Notes under the pieces: model-generated
The model's input: only the letters and a program-made list of their open reading frames with translations
What the model was told of the DNA's origin: nothing
The model's database searches: none
Made by a program: the position numbers and the translations under genes
Shown here: positions 21,509-31,032 of the stretch, piece after piece
Layout of the letters: each line of letters starts with the position of its first letter
Numbering within the stretch: the stretch's first letter is position 1
Assembly (NCBI GenBank): GCA_031285625.1
Contig: JAITVV010000093.1
Location: 64,001-128,000 of the forward strand
Direction: 5' to 3'
Length of the DNA stretch: 64,000 nt
Origin: Prevotella sp.
Lineage (GTDB): Bacteria; Bacteroidota; Bacteroidia; Bacteroidales; Dysgonomonadaceae

Positions 21509-22471
21509 ATGGAAAAACCATATGCTATTGGAATTGATATCGGTGGAACTAATTCTGTTTTTGGTGTAGTTGATAAACGTGGACACATCATCAATCAGGG
21601 TTCTATCAAAACTGGAGCTTACAAAGAGATTAATGAATACGTAAACCATTTATCAGCTGGGGTTCAGGAGATTATAGATCAAGTGGGCGGTGCAGGCAAT
21701 ATAAAGGGTATTGGAGTTGGTGCTCCCAACGGGAATTTCTTTACAGGTTGTATCGAATTTGCTCCTAATCTGCCATGGAAAGGCGTGATTCCATTAGCAC
21801 AAATGTTAACAGATAAATTAAATGTACCTGTAGCTCTTACTAATGATGCTAATGCAGCAGCAATTGGAGAAATGACATATGGTGCAGCTCGTGGAATGAA
21901 AGATTTTATCGTTATCACTCTGGGAACAGGTGTTGGTAGCGGTATTGTTGTTAATGGGCAATTGGTATATGGCCATGATGGCTTTGCCGGAGAGCTTGGC
22001 CATACTACTATCCAGCGTCAGGGACGTATGTGTGGATGTGGTAAAAAAGGTTGTCTTGAAACATATAGCTCCGCAACAGGTGTTGCCAGAACAGCGAGAG
22101 AATTCCTTGAAACAAGAAAAGAACCAAGTTTATTAAGAGAACTAAATGCAGAAGAAATTACATCAAAAGATGTATACGATGCTGCAGTAAAAGGTGATGC
22201 CTTAGCTAAAGAAATATTTGATTTTACAGGACAAATGCTGGGTGAAGCTTTTGCTGATTTTGTTGCATTCTCAAGCCCTGAAGCTATTATACTATTTGGT
22301 GGATTAACAAAATCAAGCAAGTTTATTTTCGATCCTATCCGTAAGCATATGGAAGAAAATATGTTACCAATTTACCGTAACAAAATAAAATTATTAATAT
22401 CCGAACTTAAAGAAAGCGATGCTGCCGTACTTGGAGCCAGCGCTTTGGGTTGGGAAGTGAAAGACTATTAA
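21509..22471 (+). CDS. ROK family sugar kinase (glucokinase-like)
   Basis: DIGGT, NDANAAA, GELGH, CGCGKKGCLE; no HTH. Confidence 0.92.
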   Translation: MEKPYAIGIDIGGTNSVFGVVDKRGHIINQGSIKTGAYKEINEYVNHLSAGVQEIIDQVGGAGNIKGIGVGAPNGNFFTGCIEFAPNLPWKGVIPLAQMLTDKLNVPVALTNDANAAAIGEMTYGAARGMKDFIVITLGTGVGSGIVVNGQLVYGHDGFAGELGHTTIQRQGRMCGCGKKGCLETYSSATGVARTAREFLETRKEPSLLRELNAEEITSKDVYDAAVKGDALAKEIFDFTGQMLGEAFADFVAFSSPEAIILFGGLTKSSKFIFDPIRKHMEENMLPIYRNKIKLLISELKESDAAVLGASALGWEVKDY

Positions 22472-22517
22472 TAATTTTAGAAATAGAATTAATATAATAA
22501 CTCATTATCATATTATA

Positions 22518-22547
22518 AAAGCGGCATTGATATGATGCCGCTTTCTT
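22518..22547 (+). terminator. Intrinsic terminator after ROK kinase
   Basis: AAAGCGGCAT-loop-ATGCCGCTTT. Confidence 0.7.
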
Positions 22548-22565
22548 ATTTAAAAAAACACAATC

Positions 22566-24368
22566 ATGAAAAGAATAATAATTATTCTTACTCTCCTATT
22601 CTTATGGGCTTCTTCATCTGTTAATGCCCAACAAAAAGTGGAACCTACTTGGGAATCTATCCAGGAACGGGGTTATCCAGAGTGGTTTAATGACGCTAAA
22701 CTTGGAATTTTTATTCATTGGGGTCTATATTCAGTACCTTCATGGACTAAGAAAGAAGGCTATTCAGAATGGGCATACAAGGGGTGGCGCGATGGCAATT
22801 CACAAGCCGTAGATTTTGCGAAAAAGGTCTATGGAAAAGACTTCGAGTATAAGGATTTTCGGGATATGTTCAAAGCAGAACTATTTGATGCTCAGGAATG
22901 GGCTGACCTCTTTAAACGTGCCGGTGCTAAATACGTTGTTCTAGTATCGAAACATCACGATGGTTATGCCATGTGGGACAGCAAATATTCCCCGGGATGG
23001 AATTCTGTAGAAACAGGTCCAAAACGTGATATTGTGGGGGAACTGACCGACGCAGTAAAAAAGGATGGGCTGAAAATGGGACTATATTATTCATTACCGG
23101 AGTGGTCAAACAAGATCCATCGTTGGGAAATAGACGACAACGATTCCATAGGCAAATATGTAGATCAACATATGGTACCTCAGTTTAAAGAATTAGTTAG
23201 CAAATATAAACCTTCCCTTATCTTCACTGATGGAGAATGGTGGAATACAGCTGAACAATGGCATGCACGTGAGTTAATAGCCTGGTATTATAATCTTATA
23301 GGAGATGATGCTATAGTTAATGATCGCTGGGGATACGGAGCTGATTATGGCTACAAAACACCGGAATATAGCGCAGGAATTACTATGACAGACCGTCCAT
23401 GGGCAGAGGTACGTGGAATAGGGCGTTCATTCGGACTGAATAGAAACGAGCCTATCGAAAATTATTTAACTGAAGATGATCTTATTCGTCATTTTGCTAC
23501 ATTAGTTGCAAATGGAGGAGGTCTTACATTAAATGTTGGTCCGGCAGGAGATGGACAGATTCCTCTTTTACAGCAAGAGAGGTTATTACAATTAGGTAAC
23601 TGGCTTAATGTGAATGGCGAAGCCATATATGGTACCCGGGCTTATAAAAAGCATACAGAAGAAAAAGAAATAAGCATAACCCGCATCGATTCTACAATAA
23701 ATTTTAACTGGGTACGTAATTCTCCGGATTCACGTATTCGTGTAGATCATTTTACAGGAGAATGGAACGGATTTATAAGTCCGTCTTACAACGAAGAATA
23801 TACATTTACAGCTAAAGCTGATGATGGTGTTAAAGTGTGGATCGATGGTAAGTTAATCATAGATCAATGGAATAAACAAGATCAAACTCTGGATGGTTTT
23901 GTACAAGGTGCAGAGACTACCCAGACACATATAAGTAAAATCAAATTGAAAAAGGGAGAAAAATATCCAATAAAAGTTGAATACTTTGAAGATGTTCAGA
24001 ATGCATCTATTGAGGTAAAATGGAGTTCTAAGTCCCAAAAAGAAGAGATAATCCCCTACTCTAGCCTGTATGTTGATAGCTCCTTAAACTCAAGGAATGG
24101 TTTAAATGCAAAATACAGTTCATTTAAATCATATATAGCTTATACTCAAAAAGGTAATAATATTTATGCTATACTACTTGAGTGGCAAGATGATAGATGT
24201 ATTCTGAATATAGACAGACCAGCGGATAATACAAAAGTAACTATGCTGGGCATAGACAAAGATTTACCTTGGAAATATGAAAAAGGTCAGATGATCATTG
24301 ATATGACTCCTATCAAATTCTCTGAAATACCATGTCACTCAGCATGGACATTAAAGATTTCACAATAA
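22566..24368 (+). CDS. Alpha-L-fucosidase (GH29) with inserted PA14 domain
   Basis: WFNDAKLGIFIHWG, KHHDG, FTDG, VNDRW; PA14 motifs ADDGVKVWIDG and IKVEYFE. Confidence 0.9.
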   Translation: MKRIIIILTLLFLWASSSVNAQQKVEPTWESIQERGYPEWFNDAKLGIFIHWGLYSVPSWTKKEGYSEWAYKGWRDGNSQAVDFAKKVYGKDFEYKDFRDMFKAELFDAQEWADLFKRAGAKYVVLVSKHHDGYAMWDSKYSPGWNSVETGPKRDIVGELTDAVKKDGLKMGLYYSLPEWSNKIHRWEIDDNDSIGKYVDQHMVPQFKELVSKYKPSLIFTDGEWWNTAEQWHARELIAWYYNLIGDDAIVNDRWGYGADYGYKTPEYSAGITMTDRPWAEVRGIGRSFGLNRNEPIENYLTEDDLIRHFATLVANGGGLTLNVGPAGDGQIPLLQQERLLQLGNWLNVNGEAIYGTRAYKKHTEEKEISITRIDSTINFNWVRNSPDSRIRVDHFTGEWNGFISPSYNEEYTFTAKADDGVKVWIDGKLIIDQWNKQDQTLDGFVQGAETTQTHISKIKLKKGEKYPIKVEYFEDVQNASIEVKWSSKSQKEEIIPYSSLYVDSSLNSRNGLNAKYSSFKSYIAYTQKGNNIYAILLEWQDDRCILNIDRPADNTKVTMLGIDKDLPWKYEKGQMIIDMTPIKFSEIPCHSAWTLKISQ

Positions 24369-24380
24369 ATATTATCAAAT

Positions 24381-24416
24381 AAACAGCTTGTTGTCTTAAA
24401 AACACAAGCTGTTTTA
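24381..24416 (+). terminator. Intrinsic terminator
   Basis: AAACAGCTTG ... CAAGCTGTTTT. Confidence 0.65.
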
Positions 24417-24473
24417 TTATTTTTATATTACCTCTATTTTATTAACTTTGCAGCTTAAAATATATCCATAAAA

Positions 24474-25640
24474 ATGAGTGACCAGCGATACAATCAGCGA
24501 GGCGTTTCAGCATCCAAAGAAGATGTACATAATGCAATCAAAAATATAGACAAGGGCATATTTCCTAAGGCATTTTGCAAGATTATTCCTGATATACTAG
24601 GTGGTGATCCCGAATATTGTAATATAATGCATGCCGATGGAGCCGGAACAAAGTCTTCATTAGCTTATATGTACTGGAAAGAAACCGGCGATATCTCTAT
24701 ATGGAGAGGGATTGCTCAGGATGCCCTGATTATGAATATTGATGACTTGCTATGTGTAGGAGCTACAGATAATATTTTGCTTTCTTCTACAATTGGTAGA
24801 AATAAAATGCTGATTCCCGGTGAAGTTATTTCAGCAATAATCAATGGTACAAATGATTTGTGTAATGAATTATCGGAACTCGGAGTTAATATTTATCCTA
24901 CGGGCGGTGAAACTGCTGATGTAGGAGATCTGGTACGCACTATTATTGTAGACAGCACCGTTGCATGCAGAATGAAGCGTGCTGATGTGATATCAAATGA
25001 TAAAATACATGGTGGAGACGTAATTGTTGGACTATCTTCTTACGGACAAGCTACCTACGAGAAAGAATATAACGGAGGAATGGGTAGTAACGGCTTGACT
25101 TCGGCCCGTCACGATGTTTTTGCTAATTATCTGGCAACTAAGTACCCTGAAAGCTATGATTCTTCAATCCCTGCAAATTTGGTTTATTCAGGCAAGATGA
25201 ATTTAACAGATAAGATTGAAGGACTGGATATAGATGCCGGAAAACTTGTGCTCTCCCCTACCCGCACCTATGCGCCTGTTATTAAACAAATACTTGAAAA
25301 GTTGAGATCGGTTATACATGGTATGGTACATTGTTCTGGAGGTGCGCAGACAAAAGTGCTTCACTTTGTAGATAATGTACAAATCACCAAAAATAATATG
25401 TTTCCTGTCCCACCTCTTTTCAAATTGATCCAGGAACAATCTGGGACAGATTGGAAAGAGATGTACAAAGTCTTTAATATGGGACATCGCATGGAGATAT
25501 ACTTGCCTTCGGAATATGCTCAGGAGGTGATTGATATATCCAAATCATTTGGTATAGATGCACAGATTGTAGGGTATGTAGAGAAGTCAGATAAGACAGA
25601 ATTAGTGATTGAAAGTGAATTTGGTAGATTTGAATACTAA
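24474..25640 (+). CDS. purM: AIR synthase (Bacteroidetes-type PurM)
   Basis: HADGAGTK, GGETAD, GSNG, HCSGG, VFNMG. Confidence 0.9.
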   Translation: MSDQRYNQRGVSASKEDVHNAIKNIDKGIFPKAFCKIIPDILGGDPEYCNIMHADGAGTKSSLAYMYWKETGDISIWRGIAQDALIMNIDDLLCVGATDNILLSSTIGRNKMLIPGEVISAIINGTNDLCNELSELGVNIYPTGGETADVGDLVRTIIVDSTVACRMKRADVISNDKIHGGDVIVGLSSYGQATYEKEYNGGMGSNGLTSARHDVFANYLATKYPESYDSSIPANLVYSGKMNLTDKIEGLDIDAGKLVLSPTRTYAPVIKQILEKLRSVIHGMVHCSGGAQTKVLHFVDNVQITKNNMFPVPPLFKLIQEQSGTDWKEMYKVFNMGHRMEIYLPSEYAQEVIDISKSFGIDAQIVGYVEKSDKTELVIESEFGRFEY

Positions 25641-25762
25641 TTTAGAATCATTGTATATAGGAGATTACAGTTTTAACTTCCGTTAATGTTGTTTTAACCA
25701 AATTGCTTCTATATTTGCAACATACAAATACTTTAATTATTTACATTAATAAAGTGAAAAGG

Positions 25763-25972
25763 ATGAAAAAACTAGTTATGTCAGCGATCATGTGTATAGC
25801 TTTGGCTGCTTCTACAAGTGTAATGGCTCAGGATAAAACTCCAAAGAAAGACTGTTGCAAAGATAAAACAGAATGTACAAAAGACAAGAAAGACTGTAGC
25901 AAAGATAAAAAAGCTTGTACTAAAGATGGTGAGAAATGCACTAAAGATAAAGCTGCTGCTGACAAAAAATAA
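25763..25972 (+). CDS. Small secreted Lys/Asp/Cys-rich protein with heptad repeats
   Basis: Signal peptide MKKLV...VMA-Q; mature part CCKDKTE CTKDKKD CSKDKKA CTKDGEK CTKDKAA; own TATATTTG promoter upstream and terminator downstream. Confidence 0.85.
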   Translation: MKKLVMSAIMCIALAASTSVMAQDKTPKKDCCKDKTECTKDKKDCSKDKKACTKDGEKCTKDKAAADKK

Positions 25973-25994
25973 TAAAGAATATCACATAGAGTAT

Positions 25995-26031
25995 AAAGAG
26001 CTATCCCATTATTGAGGTAGCTCTTTGTTTA
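25995..26031 (+). terminator. Intrinsic terminator
   Basis: AAAGAGCTA ... TAGCTCTTT followed by GTTT. Confidence 0.7.
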
Positions 26032-26064
26032 TTATTAAAAAAGCACAACTAATACAAGCTATAA

Positions 26065-26190
26065 ATGATAAAAAGAACAGCTATTCTTATTGTTTTATTC
26101 CTGTCTATCTTCCTTAAATCCTATGCAACAGATTCTATAAGTCCTGAAAATGCCGAATATTCTAGATCTATTAAAATAGATATTATATAA
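26065..26190 (+). pseudogene. 41-codon ORF that is mostly a signal peptide; possible gene remnant or small protein
   Basis: MIKRTAILIVLFLSIFLKSYA-TDSISPENAEYSRSIKIDII*, preceded by an A-rich initiation region. Confidence 0.35.
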
Positions 26191-26268
26191 TCAAAGAGCT
26201 AATCGGATCAGATAGCTCTTTGATATAAGCTCATAAACGACTCATTATGAATCTATAAACAAGTTAAA

Positions 26269-26301
26269 TAAAAAAAGACCACCAAATTATGGTAGTCTTT
26301 T
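26269..26301 (-). terminator. Terminator of the ffs-tRNA transcript
   Basis: Minus strand AAAAGACTACCA-TAATT-TGGTGGTCTTTTTTT immediately after the tRNA. Confidence 0.75.
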
Positions 26302-26302
26302 G

Positions 26303-26376
26303 AGCCTCTTGTCGGATTCGAACCAACGACCCCGAGATTACAAATCACGTGCTCTGGCCAACTGAGCTAAAGAGGC
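26303..26376 (-). tRNA. tRNA-Thr(TGT)
   Basis: Minus strand GCCTCTT/AAGAGGC acceptor stem, D arm AGCTCAGTTGGCCAGAGC, anticodon loop TTTGTAA, T loop GTTCGAATC; CCA not encoded. Confidence 0.95.
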
Positions 26377-26379
26377 AGG

Positions 26380-26477
26380 TGGGCAAGCTTACTATATCGC
26401 GTCGCTACAACCGACGGCCCTTGCTGCGATCAAACCCTGGGGGATTAATCGGGAGCTGACCGTATAGGACTTACCCG
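26380..26477 (-). ncRNA. ffs: Signal recognition particle RNA (4.5S)
   Basis: ~98-nt long hairpin closed by GGGTAAGT/GCTTGCCC, with helix-8 CAGG...AGCA internal-loop motif. Confidence 0.85.
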
Positions 26478-26480
26478 CGA

Positions 26481-26511
26481 CAAAAGTAGATAAATTTTTC
26501 ATATTCACAAA
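26481..26511 (-). promoter_or_regulatory. Primary-sigma promoter of ffs-tRNA-Thr
   Basis: Minus strand TTTG-N19-TACTTTTG ending a few nt before the RNA 5' end. Confidence 0.85.
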
Positions 26512-26706
26512 ATGTGAATTGCATTTTTTCCTTTGATTTCCTTTTATTACATTTGTGTGGAACTCGTTTTCGAAAAAAATCAGTTAGTTGTCAGATAGTT
26601 ATAATTATCTACTTTTTTTGAAAAAAGTGAACTGAAAAATGAGATTTGGAGTAGAATACTATAATAAAATGTAAAAATTATATTTCAAAAGAAAACAAAC
26701 TGGATT

Positions 26707-27792
26707 ATGAAAAAAGTATTTGGCTCCTTTATTCTTTTTTTATTGGGATGTGTAGCTTGCAGTAGCGATGATGATGAAAAAATGAGGATAGGATATTCAG
26801 GAAAAGATATAAGTAATCAGGTAGAGATAGTTCGTGATGCTGAAACAAAAAAAGCTACAATGAATGTCACGACAGATAATGAGTGGAAACTTTATGCCGG
26901 TCCGACTGTTGAAGCTATAGATTTGACACAGATTGTATTAACAGGAACCAGCAAAGGAGAATTTAATCTGGCTTTGGATGCTGACAAGCGATATATCTTC
27001 CAGTTTGAAACAAAAGAAGGACAAGCTCTTGTTGCAGAAAAACGGTTGCCAATTAAGGGTGGCTATAATTTCCGTGATATGGGCGGAATGAAGAATAAAG
27101 AAAATAAATTTGTGCGCTGGGGGCGACTGTTTCGTACCGATGAAATGAATAAGCTTACCGATGAAGACCTTACATATGTAGCTAGTACAGGTCTTCTTAC
27201 AGTTGTTGATTTCCGTACTTCCAGCGAAAAAGAAGGAGGTTTGGGTGGCATGATACCTTCTGCACCGGATAAACTGGCAGTAAGTATAAAGAATACATAT
27301 GACTTACCTATTTCTGCTGGCAATATCTTCTCAGACGAAGCAATGAATAAGATAAGACAAGGTGCGACATCAGATGAATTAGCGGAAGTAATGAAAAACT
27401 CATATATAGAGTTGGTAAGTAAGGATGAATATGTAGCATCTTTGAAAACATTCTTTTCGTATATTCAGGATGAAAGTAAATTACCTTTAAGCTTTCATTG
27501 TTCGGCAGGAAAAGATCGTGTCGGAGTAGTTTCAATGCTTATATATTCGGCTTTGGATATAGATAAGGAAACAATAATGAAAGATTATATGTTAAGTAAG
27601 CAATATATAGCCGGCAAATATGACAGATATGTAATGGTATATCCATCTATAGGTCCATTGGTAACCGTAGATGAAGCATATCTGGAAGCTGCATATACAA
27701 CTATAGAGCAAAAATATGGTTCAATGAATAAATTTTTAACAGAAGTTCTGAATATAGATATAAATAAGATGGAGAAGCTGTATCTTTATTGA
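26707..27792 (+). CDS. Lipoprotein protein-tyrosine/lipid phosphatase (MptpB-like, Y_phosphatase3)
   Basis: Lipobox VA-C followed by SSDDDEK; NFRDMGG, VVDFR, P-loop HCSAGKDRVG, DYMLS. Confidence 0.88.
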   Translation: MKKVFGSFILFLLGCVACSSDDDEKMRIGYSGKDISNQVEIVRDAETKKATMNVTTDNEWKLYAGPTVEAIDLTQIVLTGTSKGEFNLALDADKRYIFQFETKEGQALVAEKRLPIKGGYNFRDMGGMKNKENKFVRWGRLFRTDEMNKLTDEDLTYVASTGLLTVVDFRTSSEKEGGLGGMIPSAPDKLAVSIKNTYDLPISAGNIFSDEAMNKIRQGATSDELAEVMKNSYIELVSKDEYVASLKTFFSYIQDESKLPLSFHCSAGKDRVGVVSMLIYSALDIDKETIMKDYMLSKQYIAGKYDRYVMVYPSIGPLVTVDEAYLEAAYTTIEQKYGSMNKFLTEVLNIDINKMEKLYLY

Positions 27793-27832
27793 GGAATTAA
27801 GGTTATACAACAATTAAAATATAAATACTGAA

Positions 27833-29062
27833 ATGAGCATAACAGTAGTAGATCGTTTTTTGAAATACGTAAAATTTGATACAGAATCAAGTACAGAAAC
27901 AGGTGTAACGCCCAGCACTCCGGGGCAGATGGTTTTAGCCCGCGAGATTGAAAAAGAATTACATGAAATGGGATTAGAAGATATATCCTTAGATGATAAG
28001 GGGTATATAATGGCAACTCTTCCTGCCAATACAGACAAAAAAATACCTGCAATAGGATTTGTAGCCCATATGGATACCAGTCCTGATTTGACGGGAAAAG
28101 ATGTAAATCCCCGTATTGTTGAAAATTATAATGGAAAGGATATTATATTGAATAAGGAACTCAACATAATCCTCTCTCCTTCCGACTTCCCTGAAATGAA
28201 GGATTATACAGGTCAGGATTTGATTGTTACAGATGGCAAAACACTGCTAGGCGCAGATGATAAAGCCGGGATTGCAGAGATTCTTACCGCTATTCAATAT
28301 CTAAAAGACCATCCTGAAATTAAGCATGGAAAGATACGTATAGGATTTACTCCGGATGAAGAAATAGGTGCCGGAGCAGATTATTTTGATGTCGAAAAGT
28401 TCGGTTGCGAGTGGGCTTATACGATGGACGGAGGTCCTATTGGAGAATTGGAATACGAGAACTTCAATGCTGCAGGAGTAAAGATCAGCATTCAGGGGCG
28501 TAGTGTACATCCCGGATATGCAAAAGATAAAATGGTAAATGCTTTGGTTGTTGCAAACAAATTGACTTCCCTTTTACCTCAGAACGAAAGGCCTGAACAT
28601 ACAACCGGATATGAGGGATTCTATCACCTTACTAATATTTCGGGTACGGTAGATGCCGCCACAGTTGGTTATATTATTCGTGATCATAACCGTGATATAT
28701 TTGAAAAGCGTAAACAATTGATGCTCGATACAGTTGATTATATAAATAAACTATATCCGGAGAGTACAACTGTAGAAATAAAAGATCAATATTACAATAT
28801 GCGTGAAAAGGTAGAACCGGTAATACATATTGTAAATCTGGCATTTGAAGCTATGACCTCAGTTGGTGTTACTCCTATCGTAAAACCGATCAGAGGTGGA
28901 ACCGATGGTGCCCGTCTGTCTTTTATGGGTTTGCCTTGTCCTAATATCTTTGCAGGAGGACATAATTTTCATGGCAGATATGAATTTGTACCGGTACAAT
29001 CAATGAAAAAAGCCGTTGAAGTAATTGTAAAGATTACTGAATTAGTAGCGTCTAAAGGCTAA
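27833..29062 (+). CDS. pepT: Peptidase T
   Basis: [33 protein letters not shown]. Confidence 0.96.
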   Translation: MSITVVDRFLKYVKFDTESSTETGVTPSTPGQMVLAREIEKELHEMGLEDISLDDKGYIMATLPANTDKKIPAIGFVAHMDTSPDLTGKDVNPRIVENYNGKDIILNKELNIILSPSDFPEMKDYTGQDLIVTDGKTLLGADDKAGIAEILTAIQYLKDHPEIKHGKIRIGFTPDEEIGAGADYFDVEKFGCEWAYTMDGGPIGELEYENFNAAGVKISIQGRSVHPGYAKDKMVNALVVANKLTSLLPQNERPEHTTGYEGFYHLTNISGTVDAATVGYIIRDHNRDIFEKRKQLMLDTVDYINKLYPESTTVEIKDQYYNMREKVEPVIHIVNLAFEAMTSVGVTPIVKPIRGGTDGARLSFMGLPCPNIFAGGHNFHGRYEFVPVQSMKKAVEVIVKITELVASKG

Positions 29063-29065
29063 AAC

Positions 29066-29773
29066 ATGAGAAAAGTAGCATTACCGATAATTATATCACT
29101 ATTATTCTGCCTGTCAGCTTGTAATAAGCATAAAAACGGCTGTGATATGCGCTCGGAAGTTTCTCTGGGTAGTCTGGATTATACGACCTGGATTTATAAG
29201 AATGAGGGTATAAATATCGAATGGAAACTGCCTCACGGTTGGTACACTACAGAGGTTGTTGGTGAATCTGCGGATAACTATACAACTCATTCGGTGCGTA
29301 TAGGAGATGAAAAAGATAAGAAAACCCCTCCCTATTCTATTACTTTGTCTGATTTGAAAAAAACGGAGAGTAAGAATAGTTTCACAATGTTCTTTGCCAT
29401 CACCAAAGATTCGGTAGGGTCTGATATAAATATAAAAACACCATCCATGTATGTTGGACTCATTTTCTCAGAAAAGCTGAATCCCATAAAAGATCTGGAG
29501 CTAATAGAAAAAAGAAGCGCCAAAATGCGTGCAAACAAAGTTAAATTAATTAAATCGGCTATAAAAGAAGGGTTACCAGTAGGCGATTGGGAACAACCAT
29601 ACTGGGAAGCAACATCAGAAGACAGTAATGATGGAACTAAGGCCTATGGAATTGTTACCCTGAAAGACTACGGATGCTATAATTTCTATATTATGGCAAC
29701 ATACTTTAATGAGGGAGAAAAAGGAGAAATTCTGGAAATTCTAAAAAATAATATAAGTACAATTAATAATTAA
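29066..29773 (+). CDS. Hypothetical lipoprotein
   Basis: Lipobox LSA-C; no recognisable domain. Confidence 0.65.
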   Translation: MRKVALPIIISLLFCLSACNKHKNGCDMRSEVSLGSLDYTTWIYKNEGINIEWKLPHGWYTTEVVGESADNYTTHSVRIGDEKDKKTPPYSITLSDLKKTESKNSFTMFFAITKDSVGSDINIKTPSMYVGLIFSEKLNPIKDLELIEKRSAKMRANKVKLIKSAIKEGLPVGDWEQPYWEATSEDSNDGTKAYGIVTLKDYGCYNFYIMATYFNEGEKGEILEILKNNISTINN

Positions 29774-29793
29774 ATTATCTAATATAAGGAAAG

Positions 29794-29853
29794 CGGGGTA
29801 ACAAAAGGTAACACAGCAAAAAACGATAATAACTGTCACCTTTGTCACTTTTT
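29794..29853. repeat. Intergenic imperfect inverted-repeat element, copy 2
   Basis: GGGGTAACAAAAGGTAACA ... AACTGTCACCTTTGTCACTTTTT; related to 5618-5677. Confidence 0.6.
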
Positions 29854-29877
29854 AATAAAAACATAAATTTAAGAAAA

Positions 29878-30975
29878 ATGAAAAAAACACCATTTACTGA
29901 CATTCACATAGCCTTAGGTGCGAAGATGCATGAGTTTGCGGGATATAATATGCCAATTGAATATTCCGGAATAATAGACGAGCATATGACTGTATGCAAA
30001 AGTGTGGGTTTATTTGATGTGTCGCATATGGGGGAAATATGGGTAAAAGGTCCTCGGGCATTATCCTTTCTTCAAAAAATGTTGAGTAATAATGTGGCTG
30101 CTTTAGAAATAGGAAAAGCTCAATATTCATGCATTATCAATGATCAGGGTGGTATTGTGGATGATATTATTGTATATCACTACGAGCCTGAAAAATATAT
30201 GCTGGTTGTAAATGCTTCAAATATAGAAAAAGACTGGAATTGGCTTTCAGAGCATAATGATGAATTTGCAGATTTGGAAAATTCATCGGACAATATTGCA
30301 CAGTTGGCCATACAAGGGCCTAAGGCTCTGGAAACATTACAGAAATTGACAAAAATAGATTTAACCAAAATACCTTATTATACCTTTGTAATAGGCAGTA
30401 TGGAAGGTTCGGCTCTAGATAATGTTATTATTTCGAACACTGGATATACAGGTGCCGGAGGTTTTGAGATTTACTTTTACCCTCAATATGGTGTTGATAT
30501 CTGGAATGCTATTTTTGAGGCTGGAAAGGAATTCGGTATCAAGCCAATTGGTTTGGGAGCACGCGATACATTGCGTTTAGAGATGGGATTCTGTCTGTAT
30601 GGTAATGATCTGGATGATACTACTACCCCTATTGAAGCAGGCTTGGGGTGGATTACTAAATTTGTTGATGGTAAAGACTTTACGGCGCGTGCTATACTAG
30701 AAAAGCAAAAGAAAGAAGGTGTTAGCTGTAAATTATGTGGTTTTCAGATGCTGGAAAAAGGAATACCCCGCCATGGATACGACATAGTAAACGATAAGGA
30801 TGAAAAGATCGGTGTTGTAACATCAGGAACAATGGCCCCAACGACTAAGATCGGTGTTGGGCTTGGATATGTTAAACCTGAATATGCTACTATTGAGACT
30901 CCGATATATATTAAAGTAAGAGATAAAAAGCTTAAAGCTGAAGTAGTAAAACCTCCTTTTAGAAAATTAGACTGA
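29878..30975 (+). CDS. gcvT: Glycine cleavage system aminomethyltransferase T
   Basis: [28 protein letters not shown]; ATG 29878 (MKKTPF) preferred. Confidence 0.96.
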   Translation: MKKTPFTDIHIALGAKMHEFAGYNMPIEYSGIIDEHMTVCKSVGLFDVSHMGEIWVKGPRALSFLQKMLSNNVAALEIGKAQYSCIINDQGGIVDDIIVYHYEPEKYMLVVNASNIEKDWNWLSEHNDEFADLENSSDNIAQLAIQGPKALETLQKLTKIDLTKIPYYTFVIGSMEGSALDNVIISNTGYTGAGGFEIYFYPQYGVDIWNAIFEAGKEFGIKPIGLGARDTLRLEMGFCLYGNDLDDTTTPIEAGLGWITKFVDGKDFTARAILEKQKKEGVSCKLCGFQMLEKGIPRHGYDIVNDKDEKIGVVTSGTMAPTTKIGVGLGYVKPEYATIETPIYIKVRDKKLKAEVVKPPFRKLD

Positions 30976-31032
30976 TAAAAAACAGGGGGGATTTTTCAAC
31001 ATCTCCCCTACTCTATTTTTAAGCTACTTTAA

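Noticed and set aside
26191-26376. tRNA-Thr as the attachment site of an integrated element
   Set aside because: No integrase and no duplicate of the tRNA 3' end was seen in the window
26578-26603. AATCAGTTAGTTGTCAGATAGTTATA, loosely like the palindrome at 5584-5605 and recombinase-type sites
   Set aside because: Symmetry is too weak in AT-rich DNA and no recombinase is nearby
29774-29877. Possible glycine riboswitch before gcvT
   Set aside because: No GGAGA...CCGAAG...CTCTCAGG core; the space is occupied by the inverted-repeat element
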